Positions 50,703 to 60,488 of a stretch of DNA of 64,000 nt are shown here, one piece after another. The stretch spans positions 49,429 through 113,428 of the forward strand of contig UQMB01000002.1 of NCBI GenBank assembly GCA_900541925.1, written 5' to 3'. The notes beneath the pieces are model-generated. The model did not search any database and was not told where the DNA came from. It worked only from the letters and a program-made list of their open reading frames with translations. A program made the translations under genes and the position numbers. How positions within the stretch are numbered: the stretch's first letter is position 1; each line of letters opens with the position of its first letter. This DNA comes from an uncultured Bacteroidales bacterium (lineage in GTDB: Bacteria > Bacteroidota > Bacteroidia > Bacteroidales > UBA932).

Positions 50703-52001
50703 TCAACGCACCCTGACGATGGCGGCGTCGAAGGCGCCGACCTCATCCAGGCTCCAGGAAGAGCAGCCGCAGACAGGTTCGAGCTCCGGAGGCACAGCTA
50801 CGCGCAGCCCGCGCACGGCGGCATCGGAGAAATTGCAGAACACGAGCCACGCCCCGGCGTCATCGTAGCGCAGGAAGGCGAAGTGCCGGTCCGCATCGAA
50901 GCCCAGAGAATCAAGGTTGCAGTAACACAGGTCCCAGGACTTGCCGCTCCTGAACACCGGCATCGCAGCGTAGCCCAGCATCTGCCTGTACCGTGAGAGC
51001 ACAGCGGACTCCTCCGGAAGCAGCCCCCCGGTGCCGTGGACGGCTTGATATAGCCGGCCTATGGAAGCGGGATGCGTGATGTCGAAGATGGAAGTGCGCC
51101 CGTTGCCGCTCTCGGCGGCATTCTCCCCCACCTCCTGGCCGAAATAGAGCATGAACGACGCGTCGTTGAAGAGCATCGACACGGCCAGCGCGGCCCAGGC
51201 GCTGGACGGGGATCCGAGGAAAAAGCCGGACGCGACCCTCTGCTCATCGTGGTTCTCAAGGAAATTGAGCATCCGCGGCTGGAGATCCCCGAGGAACTGC
51301 CAGTTCCAGGTGATTGCCCGGGCAGTCAAACTCCCGGTGCAGATTCCGCGCAGGCTGTCATACAGGCCGGACTTGTCGTAGAGCAGGTCGAAGCCGACCT
51401 CTTCTATGTATTTACGGTAGTTGTCCTTCCCGTAGACCTCCGCCACGAAGAGGGTCTGCGGGGCATCCCGCCTGACAGCGGCAAGCAGTTCCCCGAGGGC
51501 CTCAGGCGGCACGAGCTCCACCATGTCGCAGCGGAAGCCGTCGACCCCGCGCGCAATCCAGAAGCGCAATATGTCCAGCATCGCTGCGCGGGTGGCAGGA
51601 GAGCTCCAGTCGTTCTTGAGGGTGTCTGTCCAGTCAGCGTCGCAATAATCAAAATGCACTATCGGACCCTGATAATCACGGGCTACATGATTGGGAATAT
51701 AATCTATAAGCAGCTTGAGGCCGGCCGCGTGCACCCTCCCGACCAGCGAGTCGAACTCTTCCATCCGGCGCGACGGACAATCGGCAAGATATGGATTGAC
51801 ATCCTTCCAGTCGCTGACCGAGTACGGGCAGCCCGGGTCCCCCTTGACGAAATCCCGGCCGCTGGCGTGACGCGGAATCCCCGTAAGCCAGAGGCAGTCA
51901 ACCCCGAGAGACTTGATGTACTTGAGAGTAGACTCATCCCAGGAAGAGAATCCCGGCTTGCCCCACAGACGGGCCAGAGCCTGATAGATAATGAGTTTCA
52001 T
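50703..52001 (-). CDS. Alpha-amylase family (GH13) glycosidase
   Basis: 432 aa with GH13 conserved regions (DYIPNHVA, GFRCDMV, FLENHD). Confidence 0.8.
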   Translation of the reverse strand: MKLIIYQALARLWGKPGFSSWDESTLKYIKSLGVDCLWLTGIPRHASGRDFVKGDPGCPYSVSDWKDVNPYLADCPSRRMEEFDSLVGRVHAAGLKLLIDYIPNHVARDYQGPIVHFDYCDADWTDTLKNDWSSPATRAAMLDILRFWIARGVDGFRCDMVELVPPEALGELLAAVRRDAPQTLFVAEVYGKDNYRKYIEEVGFDLLYDKSGLYDSLRGICTGSLTARAITWNWQFLGDLQPRMLNFLENHDEQRVASGFFLGSPSSAWAALAVSMLFNDASFMLYFGQEVGENAAESGNGRTSIFDITHPASIGRLYQAVHGTGGLLPEESAVLSRYRQMLGYAAMPVFRSGKSWDLCYCNLDSLGFDADRHFAFLRYDDAGAWLVFCNFSDAAVRGLRVAVPPELEPVCGCSSWSLDEVGAFDAAIVRVR

Positions 52002-52007
52002 TGTATG

Positions 52008-54149
52008 TCAGAAAGGATAACCCACGCCGAAATGGACGGCGAAACCGTCCCGGCGCAGCCATTTTGAAGGTCCGAGCCATCGGCTCCCCGCATCGCGGGA
52101 CGGGTCATGGAGCTTGAAGCCCATGTCGAAGCGCAGGAGAATGAAGTCCATGTTGAGCCTCAGGCCAAGTCCCCAGTCGGCAGCGAGGCTCTCAAGCCGC
52201 AACTCGTCGATGTCCTCGTGCTGCCAGACATTTCCGGCCTCGGCGAAAAGCGCGCCCTCAAGTTTCCACAGCATCTTGAAGCGGTACTCCATGTCGGCTT
52301 CTATCTTGATGTCTCCCGTCTGGTTGGGGATGATGAAGAACGTGTCCATCTTGCTGAACCCCGGCCCGAGCGTCCTGACCTGCCAGCCGCGCATGCTGCT
52401 CGCGCCGCCGCAGTAGAACTGCTTCTCGAACGGAAGCGCCACCGAGTTGCCGTAAGCCCGCCCGACGCCTCCGTCAAGCCTGAACGCCAGCGCCTGGCTG
52501 TCGTTGCCCCCGAAACGGAAAGTCTTGCCCAGAGAGAGAGCCAGCTTCACATACTGATTGTACGGCAGGCCATATAAAGTCCGCTGTCCCAAGGAGTTGA
52601 GCGGTAACTGGCCATTGAACAGGGAGATGAGGTTGCCCGCCACATCCACCGACACCCGGGCGTAATGATAAGGGGTCTTGGGCACGATGTCGGAGTTGGT
52701 CGTATAGTAGAATGTCCCGCCTACCCCCGCGTCTATCTGGTCTTCGAACGAATCCCAGAGGTAAGGGTTGCCCTTGAGGGTCTCCAGGAAATCCTCGCCT
52801 ATGGCATAGAGTTTCACGAGGTTGAGCTGGAGCGGGTAGAACTGGTAGAAAACCTTCCTCCCCGACTGGCCCGTGTATCCGTATGATAATCCGGCTATGC
52901 TCCGGCGGTACTCCGGACGGTTCTGGTAGTTGAAACTGGCCTTGATCTCGGTACGCGGGATGTTGTCCCGTCCATTTATCCACCTGTTGCTGTATCCAAG
53001 CGCCTTCGGGAAGCTGACGGAGGCGGACATCCCATACTCGGCGGAACGCACGTCCGTGCCTGGCTTGAACTGCCAGTTCCCGGTGAAACCGAGGTTCAAC
53101 AGTTCCCCGCCCCGGAAGAGGTTCTTGTGGAAGAATGTCAGCTGCGGCGATGTCCCGAGCAGGCCGGAGGAGTTGGACGAGGCTTCAAGGTTGACCTTGA
53201 ACCCGAACACATTGGAGCCGCTCAGACGGATGTCACAGTCCACCACGGCGCTGTCCGCCGGCGTCATCTCGATGTTGACATTGTTGAACACGTTGAATCC
53301 CGAGAAACGGTAATAGGTGGAATTCACCAGTTTCTCGCTGTACAGCTCGCCCGGCCGGATGTTGTTGAAACTCGCCAGGACCGGTTCACGGAAACGTATC
53401 GTCGAAGGGTAGTGGATCCTCACGTCCCCGATTCTGTACTTGACCGGAGGCACTGCGCTCAAAGGGCTCTCGTTGCGCGTGTAATTCTTTATCCTGTAAT
53501 AGAGCACCGTCCTGTCTCCCAGCGTGTCGGCCTCGAAGAAGTAGTGATTCTTGTTGAAGTTGTAGTAGCCCAGGTTCCTGAAATACGCGGCTCCCCTCTC
53601 CGTCTCGGCAGATAGGGCCTTCTCTGACAGGGGGCTGCCGACACGGATGCTGACGGCGGCGCTGTCCCTGCGGAAGTCCTCCGCGAACTCCCCTTCCGGA
53701 ACTTCAAAGACCAGGCTGTCTATACGGTGTCGCCGCCCGGGCTCCACGACATATCGCACGGCCGCCTTCTTCCCCTTGAATTCAACTTCAGGGGTGACCT
53801 TGGCATCATAATAGCCAAGGTAAACGAGCCTTGTGCGCATAGCCGAGGCCGAGGACTGCATCTGGACAGGGTCGAACACCACTGGCGCCGTGCCTATCTT
53901 CTCCCAGAATGAATTGATCCCCCGTCCGCTGCCATTCGACCAGTTGTAGACCCCCACGAAAGGATTCCACCCAAAGATGGAGGAATTGGGCTGCTGGCGC
54001 ACATACGATGAGACCTCCGAGGCACGCGGCCCGTCATCGCCGCGCACGCTCACCTTGCTGGAGGAGAGCAGGTAACGCCCCTCCGGCAAGCGGCTGGTGG
54101 TGCTGCAGGAGACGAGCAGGAGAAGCAACAGGAGCGGGGATTTCCTCAT
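52008..54149 (-). CDS. BamA/TamA-family (Omp85) outer-membrane protein
   Basis: 713 aa with a signal peptide, POTRA-like N-terminal region, a C-terminal 16-strand barrel and a terminal aromatic residue. Confidence 0.75.
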   Translation of the reverse strand: MRKSPLLLLLLLVSCSTTSRLPEGRYLLSSSKVSVRGDDGPRASEVSSYVRQQPNSSIFGWNPFVGVYNWSNGSGRGINSFWEKIGTAPVVFDPVQMQSSASAMRTRLVYLGYYDAKVTPEVEFKGKKAAVRYVVEPGRRHRIDSLVFEVPEGEFAEDFRRDSAAVSIRVGSPLSEKALSAETERGAAYFRNLGYYNFNKNHYFFEADTLGDRTVLYYRIKNYTRNESPLSAVPPVKYRIGDVRIHYPSTIRFREPVLASFNNIRPGELYSEKLVNSTYYRFSGFNVFNNVNIEMTPADSAVVDCDIRLSGSNVFGFKVNLEASSNSSGLLGTSPQLTFFHKNLFRGGELLNLGFTGNWQFKPGTDVRSAEYGMSASVSFPKALGYSNRWINGRDNIPRTEIKASFNYQNRPEYRRSIAGLSYGYTGQSGRKVFYQFYPLQLNLVKLYAIGEDFLETLKGNPYLWDSFEDQIDAGVGGTFYYTTNSDIVPKTPYHYARVSVDVAGNLISLFNGQLPLNSLGQRTLYGLPYNQYVKLALSLGKTFRFGGNDSQALAFRLDGGVGRAYGNSVALPFEKQFYCGGASSMRGWQVRTLGPGFSKMDTFFIIPNQTGDIKIEADMEYRFKMLWKLEGALFAEAGNVWQHEDIDELRLESLAADWGLGLRLNMDFILLRFDMGFKLHDPSRDAGSRWLGPSKWLRRDGFAVHFGVGYPF

Positions 54150-54856
54150 AACTGCCTCCGTCTGAATTCAGAGAGCGTGACGGCGGTGGCGATGGCCACA
54201 TTGAGTGACTCGGCGCCGCTCCCCCCGAACGACGGGATGAGGAGCCTGCCGGTAAGCAGTTCCCGCACCTGCGGGCTGATGCCAACGGACTCATTCCCCA
54301 TCACCACAAGTCCCTCAGGGACAATGCTCTCCTTATATATGTCCACTCCGTCCAGCACGGTTCCGTAGACCTCCATGCCGGCGTCCCGGAAGCGTCTGCA
54401 TACATCTGTCAACCCGGCAGAGAGGACTTTCACGCGGAACACGGATCCCATCGAAGCCTGCACCACCTTGGGGTTGTACAGGTCCACGCAGTCTTCTGAC
54501 GCGAAAACGGTCCGCACCCCGAACCAATCCGCGATGCGGATGATGGTGCCGAGATTGCCCGGGTCACGCACGGAGTCAAGCGCGAGATAAAGTTCCTTCC
54601 GGAGGGTCTGCGGGAGGGCCGTCCTGTCCGGAATCCTCAGCACGGCGAGCACAGGGGACGGACTTGAGAGCTGGCTGATGCGCGACATGGCATTCTCGCC
54701 TATGTCCGCTGTCCGCCATATCCCGGCAAGTTCCAGCCCCGAACGGATGGCTTCGTCCACCATCTTCTCCCCTTCCACGACAAACTCTCCGCTCGCTTCG
54801 CGGTATTTCTTCTCACGGAGCGAGCGGATATGCTTTATCTCGGCGTTTGTGATCAT
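54146..54856 (-). CDS. TrmH/SpoU-family RNA 2'-O-methyltransferase
   Basis: 236 aa with SPOUT motifs (LDSVRDPGNLGTIIRIADWFG, MGNESVG, GAESLNVAIATAV). Confidence 0.85.
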   Translation of the reverse strand: MITNAEIKHIRSLREKKYREASGEFVVEGEKMVDEAIRSGLELAGIWRTADIGENAMSRISQLSSPSPVLAVLRIPDRTALPQTLRKELYLALDSVRDPGNLGTIIRIADWFGVRTVFASEDCVDLYNPKVVQASMGSVFRVKVLSAGLTDVCRRFRDAGMEVYGTVLDGVDIYKESIVPEGLVVMGNESVGISPQVRELLTGRLLIPSFGGSGAESLNVAIATAVTLSEFRRRQL

Positions 54857-55489
54857 CTAGTCCACGAATCTGATCTTGCTGAGGTCTCTCGGCTTCGCGT
54901 CCGGGGCCTCGTCAGGATAGCCCACACCTATCATATATAGGAGCGAGTAATCTTCACTGAAGCCGAGCCTGGCGATAAACGCCCTTCCGGCCTCGCTGTC
55001 TTTGAGGAAACGTACCGGCCCTCCGAGGCACACGGTGCCGAGCCCGATGGAGTGCGCGGCCAGCATGATGTTCTCGCCCAGGAGACCGGCGTTGACTCCG
55101 TCATCCCCCGCAGGGACGGCGACGCAGATTACGGCCGGGGCGTTACGGAACATGTTCTTGAAACCCGGATCACGCTCAAGCAACTGCGGATTGGCCTTCT
55201 TGTACTCTTCGGAGATGGCCGCGATGCTCTCGGCGTTGTCCACGATGCGCACCTCCCACCTCTGGGCGTTCATCCCGTTCGGGGCGTTGACACCGCACTC
55301 GGCGATGAGCTGGAGTTTCTCCCTCTCGACCGGGGTGTCCTTGTATTTCCTGATGGAACGACGGCTCATTATGGCTTCTATCACGGGGTTCTGCCCGTCG
55401 TCCTGCTTGACAGCCTCACCGCCCTGTCCACAGGAGGCGAGGCAAAGGGCGGCAATGGCCGCCGCTGTGATTGAAAGATACTTTGTCAT
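54857..55489 (-). CDS. Nitroreductase-family protein with lipoprotein-type signal
   Basis: 210 aa with an FMN-binding nitroreductase fold (RRSIRKY, NAQRWEV); the N-terminal signal has LASCG. Confidence 0.8.
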   Translation of the reverse strand: MTKYLSITAAAIAALCLASCGQGGEAVKQDDGQNPVIEAIMSRRSIRKYKDTPVEREKLQLIAECGVNAPNGMNAQRWEVRIVDNAESIAAISEEYKKANPQLLERDPGFKNMFRNAPAVICVAVPAGDDGVNAGLLGENIMLAAHSIGLGTVCLGGPVRFLKDSEAGRAFIARLGFSEDYSLLYMIGVGYPDEAPDAKPRDLSKIRFVD

Positions 55490-55492
55490 AAC

Positions 55493-55525
55493 TTTGCTAA
55501 GTTAGCAAAAATTTTCATATATTTG
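55493..55525 (+). promoter_or_regulatory. Bacteroidetes sigma-AB-type promoter of pfkA (-33 TTTG, 21-bp spacer, -7 TATATTTG) with overlapping palindrome TTGCTAAgTTAGCAA
   Basis: TTTG at 55493..55496 and TATATTTG at 55518..55525, 22 bp upstream of the pfkA ATG. The 15-bp perfect palindrome at 55494..55508 lies between the boxes. Confidence 0.6.
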
Positions 55526-55546
55526 CGCCGGAAATTTGAGTTTGAC

Positions 55547-56518
55547 ATGAACATCGGATCCATAGGAGTTCTCACATCCGGAGGCGACGCCCCCGGGATG
55601 AACGCCTGCGTCAGGGCGGTCACAAGAGCGGCGATTTTCGAAGGCTGGAAAGTCTACGGCATATACCGCGGCTATGAGGGCCTCATAATGGGCAACATAA
55701 AGGAACTCTCCACCGAGAGCGTGAGCAACACCATCCAGCGCGGCGGCACCATCCTCAAGACAGCGCGCAGCACTGAATTCCGCACCCCTGAAGGGAGGAA
55801 GAAGGCCCACGACAATGTGGAGAAGTTCGGCATCGACGCCCTCGTCGTCGTAGGCGGCAACGGTTCACTGGCCGGCGCGCAGATTTTCGCCAGCGAGTAT
55901 GACATTCCCGTGATCGGGCTTCCGGGGACGATTGACAACGACCTCTACGGCACGGATTCGACCATAGGCTACGACACGGCGCTCAACACCATCATGCAGT
56001 GCGTGGACAAGATACGCGACACGGCGACCAGCCACGACCGCATCTTCTTCGTCGAGGTGATGGGCAGGGACGCAGGTTTCCTCACGCAGAACAGCGCCAT
56101 CGCTTCCGGAGCGGAGGCCGCCATCATCCCTGAGGACAACACGGACATCGACCAGCTCGCGACCTTCATCGGACGCGGCATCCGCAAGAGCAAGAACAGC
56201 AGCATCGTCCTCGTCTCCGAGAAGGACGGCGGCGCGATGCACTACGCGGAGCGTGTACGCAAGGAGTATCCGGAGTACGACGTGAGGGTTTCCATACTCG
56301 GACACCTTCAGCGCGGAGGCACTCCGACAGCCTACGACAGGATTCTCGCAAGCCGTCTCGGCATAGCCTCCATCGAGGCTCTCAAGGAAGGCCAGAGGAA
56401 TGTGATGGTGGGCATCAAGAACGACCAGATCGTCTATGTCCCTATCTCCAGGGCCATCAAGATGGACAAACCTATTGACAAAGAGCTCATCAATGTGCTG
56501 AGCATACTGTCAATATAG
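55547..56518 (+). CDS. pfkA: ATP-dependent 6-phosphofructokinase
   Basis: 323 aa from ATG 55547 with motifs [14 protein letters not shown] and PGTIDND. Confidence 0.93.
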   Translation: MNIGSIGVLTSGGDAPGMNACVRAVTRAAIFEGWKVYGIYRGYEGLIMGNIKELSTESVSNTIQRGGTILKTARSTEFRTPEGRKKAHDNVEKFGIDALVVVGGNGSLAGAQIFASEYDIPVIGLPGTIDNDLYGTDSTIGYDTALNTIMQCVDKIRDTATSHDRIFFVEVMGRDAGFLTQNSAIASGAEAAIIPEDNTDIDQLATFIGRGIRKSKNSSIVLVSEKDGGAMHYAERVRKEYPEYDVRVSILGHLQRGGTPTAYDRILASRLGIASIEALKEGQRNVMVGIKNDQIVYVPISRAIKMDKPIDKELINVLSILSI

Positions 56519-56572
56519 ATTCATACGCGGCTCCGCGCGAGCCGTTTCAGCCGGGTCTCGGGCCCGGGACAT

Positions 56573-56645
56573 GGGGTATTAGCTCAGTTGGTAGAGCGTC
56601 AGGTTCGCAATCTGAAGGTCAGGGGTTCGACCCCCCTATGCTCCA
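56573..56645 (+). tRNA. tRNA-Ala (anticodon CGC)
   Basis: 73-nt cloverleaf folded by hand: a 7-bp acceptor stem with the G3:U70 Ala identity pair, D arm GCTC/GAGC, anticodon loop TTCGCAA and T-arm AGGGG-TTCGACC-CCCCT. CCA is not encoded. Confidence 0.9.
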
Positions 56646-56961
56646 CAAACTACGCTGTAAATCAGCATGTCACAGTGGCCATACACAATTCCGTACACAG
56701 AAATATGGAATTGTGTATAATTTCTTTTATTAGTCCCTAACTTGCGACGCTGGGGAAGGAACACCAGCCTTCGCCGCTGCCGGCATCTGGGGCTCCTCAG
56801 GAACTACCTTGCAGAAGGAGACTGCGCTGCAGGCGTAGTCTCCGTAGTGATTCCCGGTTATGCGGGGGTATGGGGATTTGATTTGGACCAGTTCCAGGTC
56901 TATGCCCGGTTCATCCTGCTGGACAGCATTACCGGCTACCGGAGCCAGTATCAGGGTTATG

Positions 56962-57323
56962 CTACCATCGTAAAAGCCACTTGAGTTCCGTCCAGAACTT
57001 ATAGGTACCCTTCATGTCAATCCTTGTGCCCTGGAATATGATGAATCCGTTCTGTTTCCAGTTATAAGAAGTTGTTTTGATTTATGTTGAAAATTCTTTT
57101 ACTTGCTTTTTCGCCATATTTTTTCCTGGCTTTTTCGGTCAGATAGTTCTACTATCTTTCTCAAAATCCAGAAAAAACTCTGACAGAAAAAATCTTCATA
57201 AAATTATGACAAATAAATCCAAAACAACTTCTAAAAGGCCTGGCGGCTGATGCCAATCCATTTGGAGAACTCCGTAACGTTACAGGCATCGTGATTCTGG
57301 GGACAGTTTCTCCAACTTCTCAT
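56962..57323 (-). pseudogene. Excisionase/AlpA-like HTH (HTH_17-type) gene disrupted by MITE copy 3
   Basis: In-silico removal of 57068..57234 (MITE plus one TAA) joins 57235.. to ..57067 in frame, giving ...EFSKWIGISRQAFYNWKQNGFIIFQGTRIDMKGTYKFWTELKWLLRW*, which matches Xis/AlpA-type HTH proteins. The N-terminal boundary (ATG 57323) is uncertain. Confidence 0.6.
57068..57231 (-). mobile_element. MITE copy 3 (inverted orientation, TAA/TAA target duplication)
   Basis: Its reverse complement is about 98% identical to copies 1 and 2; flanked by TAA on both sides; inserted within the xis-like coding frame. Confidence 0.88.
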
Positions 57324-57521
57324 ATTTCTCCTGCCAGTTCTCAATACGGGCCATACACGGCTGTAGCAGATCCTGCACCCGAATCCGCTCCTTGCCTGCA
57401 TCGGCAAACATTGTCAGCACATTCGTGCTGCCTTCACGTCGAATTCAAGCGCTGCCATATCCATATCGTTTACGGAACTCATCCGTAGTCCTCCTTTTTT
57501 ATTGTTCCGACCCAGGCAACT

Positions 57522-58987
57522 CTATTTCAAGATGATGTAATGGCCGCCGCGGTCACCGCCCTCCCGATCAAGGCGCTTTGCTTCCTTCAGTTTGCTAATG
57601 TCGTTCTGCACGGTGCGTTCAGAAACACCCAGCGCTTCGGCAATGCTCTTTGCGGAGATATAGTTATCGGCCGCAATCATCTCAAAAACTCTCTCACGAC
57701 GCTTCTGCGTAGAAAGCTTCGTAGATTCTTTCGCAGAATTCTTCGTAGAATCACTCGTGGAACTTGTTGCAGAGTTGTGCCTGAATCCGGATTTCTCTGT
57801 TCGCCAGTAGGTGACAGTGGTATGCGTGAGTTCGGACTTAAAGTCCACATTGCCACCCGTAAGGGCTGTCCATTTCTTCATTCGACGAATGCCGTAGCCT
57901 GCATTCTCACCCAACTTCGCGAATCGGAACATTTTGATCAGAATTGGGTTTCGTGGCTGTGAAACTATCTCGTTCATGGCTTTCTCCAGGCTCACATGGA
58001 AGCCACCCGGGTTCTGGAACTCGATGCGGTCAAAATAGACGCGGATGGTAGGGTGCATGGGACTGAAGAAGTCAGAGTGTGCCAGAAAGTTCACGAGACC
58101 TTCTTTCAGTGCATAGAGTTGGGACTCATCTTCCGGGGACGCGCCACTGGGCGTGAAATACATCGGATTGTCACAGTAAAGACGGAGCCGCTGAAGGATG
58201 GCATTGTAGTATTCCCAGATGTTTTCTTGCTCCTGCATCCTGAAGGTATAGGGTTGCGAAGCATTGTCGTAGGAGGTGCCGGGAATCTCGATGTAGTCTA
58301 CCCAGAAAGCCGGAAGATGCTCGCGGATAGAGGACTTTTTGCCAAGCATCACAAGTCCCGCATACGTAAGCAGGCCGGTCTTACGTGACATGACACCTGT
58401 CTCATAGCAGAACTCCTCGTCCGTCGCATTGGCGGCGGGAAAAGTTGGATTGTCATAACGGATGCAGCGACGATAAGCATCAAGCGAATTCTGGTTGATG
58501 TCTTCAAAGGTGGTGTCTTCGACGGTCTGGTCAGACTTGATGCCGAAGGACTGGTCGTGATAGAGCGCCATGATTTCAAGGTCCGTGGCTCGCTGGTCGG
58601 TCGAGCCGACACGAATGAATGTATTCTTGGGCGAATTGAACCAGATGGGCTTGAGGTTTGAGGAGGGAACATAGAAGCCAAAACCATCTTCCCGTCAATT
58701 TCGAATTTCTGGTTCCGCGTGACAAGCACCTGGTTGAACTTGCCGTTTCGCAGGGTAGTGTTGAAGTCTGATTCAATCTTCTGGCCGTTCTCGACGCCTT
58801 CAATCTCAAACTTTTTTCCGTGCTGGGCAACACCGCACAATATCCACCCGCCGGAGGTGTTGGAAAAAGAGCTAACCGTTGGCCACACATCAGTGGGTAG
58901 TTGTGTCTTGGATGCCTTGGCCTCAAAGTCATCCCATTCAATATCTTGTATTTTAGCTATGAGTTCTTCTCTTGTAAGGTACTGCAT
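57522..58987 (-). pseudogene. AlbA_2 (Schlafen-like) + ATPase-like + C-terminal wHTH putative regulator, frameshifted
   Basis: Two overlapping ORFs (58349..58987 and 57522..58571) are collinear halves of one about 480-aa protein. They are joined by a -1 shift near 58685..58695, where ...EIDGK / DGFGFYVPSS... reads through if one G is restored in GGGAAG-GATGG. Of the family usually mis-annotated as RecG-like ATP-binding protein. Confidence 0.65.
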
Positions 58988-59007
58988 CGCGTATATGTTT
59001 TATTTGT

Positions 59008-59038
59008 TTCTACGAATCTTCTACGAAATTTCTACGAA
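59008..59038 (+). repeat. Three direct TTCTACGAA repeats at 11-bp phasing just upstream of the AlbA_2 regulator gene
   Basis: TTCTACGAA at 59008, 59019 and 59030, which is 21-51 bp upstream of the start codon at 58987. Reverse-complement copies (TTCGTAGAA/T) occur at 57710..57750 inside the gene's 3' linker region. Confidence 0.7.
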
Positions 59039-59286
59039 GATAATGCATTTTTCTGGAATCATCAGGAAATTATTTGCTCATCTCCTCCTCAAAGAGTTGC
59101 ATGGCATTGACTTTTGTCTTTTCAGCAATGTCAATATAGGGCTTCATGGCCTGGTAGTCGGAGTGGCCGGGGCATGTCCCCGTGCCCTGAGGCGCTGCGC
59201 AAGCGCGCCATCCCGCCCCCGGTCACTGCCAGCAACCATTTGCCACGCAAAGTTCCGCGGCCGCCTGCCGGTCAGGAGCCGAAAAC

Positions 59287-60353
59287 GGCTCACACCTGGA
59301 AGCGGCGGGAGCCGCAGAAGGCCTTGCAGGGCATGTGGGCGGCCCAGGTAGCAGCGGAAACGCCGGAATAGGCTCACACCTGGCAGCGACGGTGGCCGCA
59401 GAGGGCCTGGCAGGAGGCGTTCCTCCGGGAGTGAATGAGAACGGGCAGGTCGGACGCTGGGACTTCGGGAAGGGCAAGGCACGCGCGGCACTTTCCGCCA
59501 GAAAATGCCACCAACGATACATGGCAATATGTCCGGTGTAACAGCATTTCTACGGACAAAATGTGTTCCTGAGCCTTTTGGCCGGCGAAACGCGCCTTTG
59601 CACGGACAAAAGGCCGATGCTCAGACGCGCCAATGCTCATCAACTGCCGCCCGGGCGGGGGCATTGTTTGACAAAAGCCCGATGCTCCCTCTGCCGACGA
59701 GGACGACACACACAGCGACCATGTGCTCGGTGGCAGATAAGTGTCTGATAATGAGCGAAATAATGATTTGTCCTGTCTGGTTTCGCCGACAGGTAAAATG
59801 CTCTTTTGTTTGATTATCAATGTGTTATCCGCCACCGCCGATGGCAGAAATTGTGCCCGAACAGTCTCGCGACCCGAGAAATGTCAACCATGCTGCGAGC
59901 GGTAATCTCCGTCGGCATGTGAGAGCAGTAATATCAGGGTTGCAGAAATCAGCAGACGGAACCATTGAGCCGGCACCGCCGCCGGAATGTACGGTCTCCG
60001 GCGGCTACAGGTCGGGCGCTGCGGGGAGCTCGCCCGTAAAGGCTCTCCTCGCGCCCGACTGTTGCCCGTGTTGTCACCCGAGCCCCCCAGCACAAGGACT
60101 CTGTCGACGGCTTGACTAAGAAGTGCTCATCAGAGCACCGGCGCGGTGAGTGGAAACGCCTCTGGTCGCACCGCGGTGTTCCACACGCCGACAGATGTTC
60201 CACAGGCGCGTATGCCAGCGATAGTTCGTGCAGGTAGCAGCGGAAACGCCGGAATAGGCTCACACCTGGAAGCGGCGGGAGCCGCAGAGGGCCGCGCGGG
60301 GCAGGTTGGCGGTCCAGGTAGCAGCGGAAACACCGGAATAGGCTCACACCTGG
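59287..60353. repeat. GC-rich noncoding tract with REP-like 40-mers (59344..59383, 60230..60269, 60314..60353) and an ~68-bp unit (60138..60205) that is the inverted repeat of 26076..26142
   Basis: By-eye alignment. The 40-mer CCAGGTAGCAGCGGAAACGCCGGAATAGGCTCACACCTGG occurs three times, each followed by a similar ~45-bp segment (AAGCGGCGGGAGCCGCAGA...). The reverse complement of 60138..60205 matches 26076..26142 at about 85%. Confidence 0.75.
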
Positions 60354-60488
60354 CAGGGGCAGGCTTCATGCGAGTTATTGTGAGGTGGTGTGCGGATGCG
60401 GCGGCGAGGCCCCGCTGGGCCCTATACGCAGTGTGCTCATGACCGACCCGCCAGCTAGGCCCATGTCGGTCACCCCGCCCATAATGGA

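Noticed and set aside
59280-60360. Possible CRISPR array (40-bp GC-rich repeats separated by ~45-bp segments)
   Set aside because: Only two or three units per cluster; the inter-repeat segments are themselves near-identical (AAGCGGCGGGAGCCGCAGA...), i.e. it is a larger duplicated block and not repeat plus unique spacers. No cas genes or leader are present, and the same 40-mer occurs in inverted orientation at 38714.
56650-60480. Search for an integrase or recombinase next to tRNA-Ala
   Set aside because: No ORF with tyrosine- or serine-recombinase motifs (R..HxxR..Y, or an N-terminal Ser catalytic domain) is present. Only an excisionase-like HTH remnant exists, so the region is called a decayed island and not an intact element. 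No convincing direct repeat of the tRNA 3' end was found by eye; only a 7-8-mer ATGCTCC match at about 59690.
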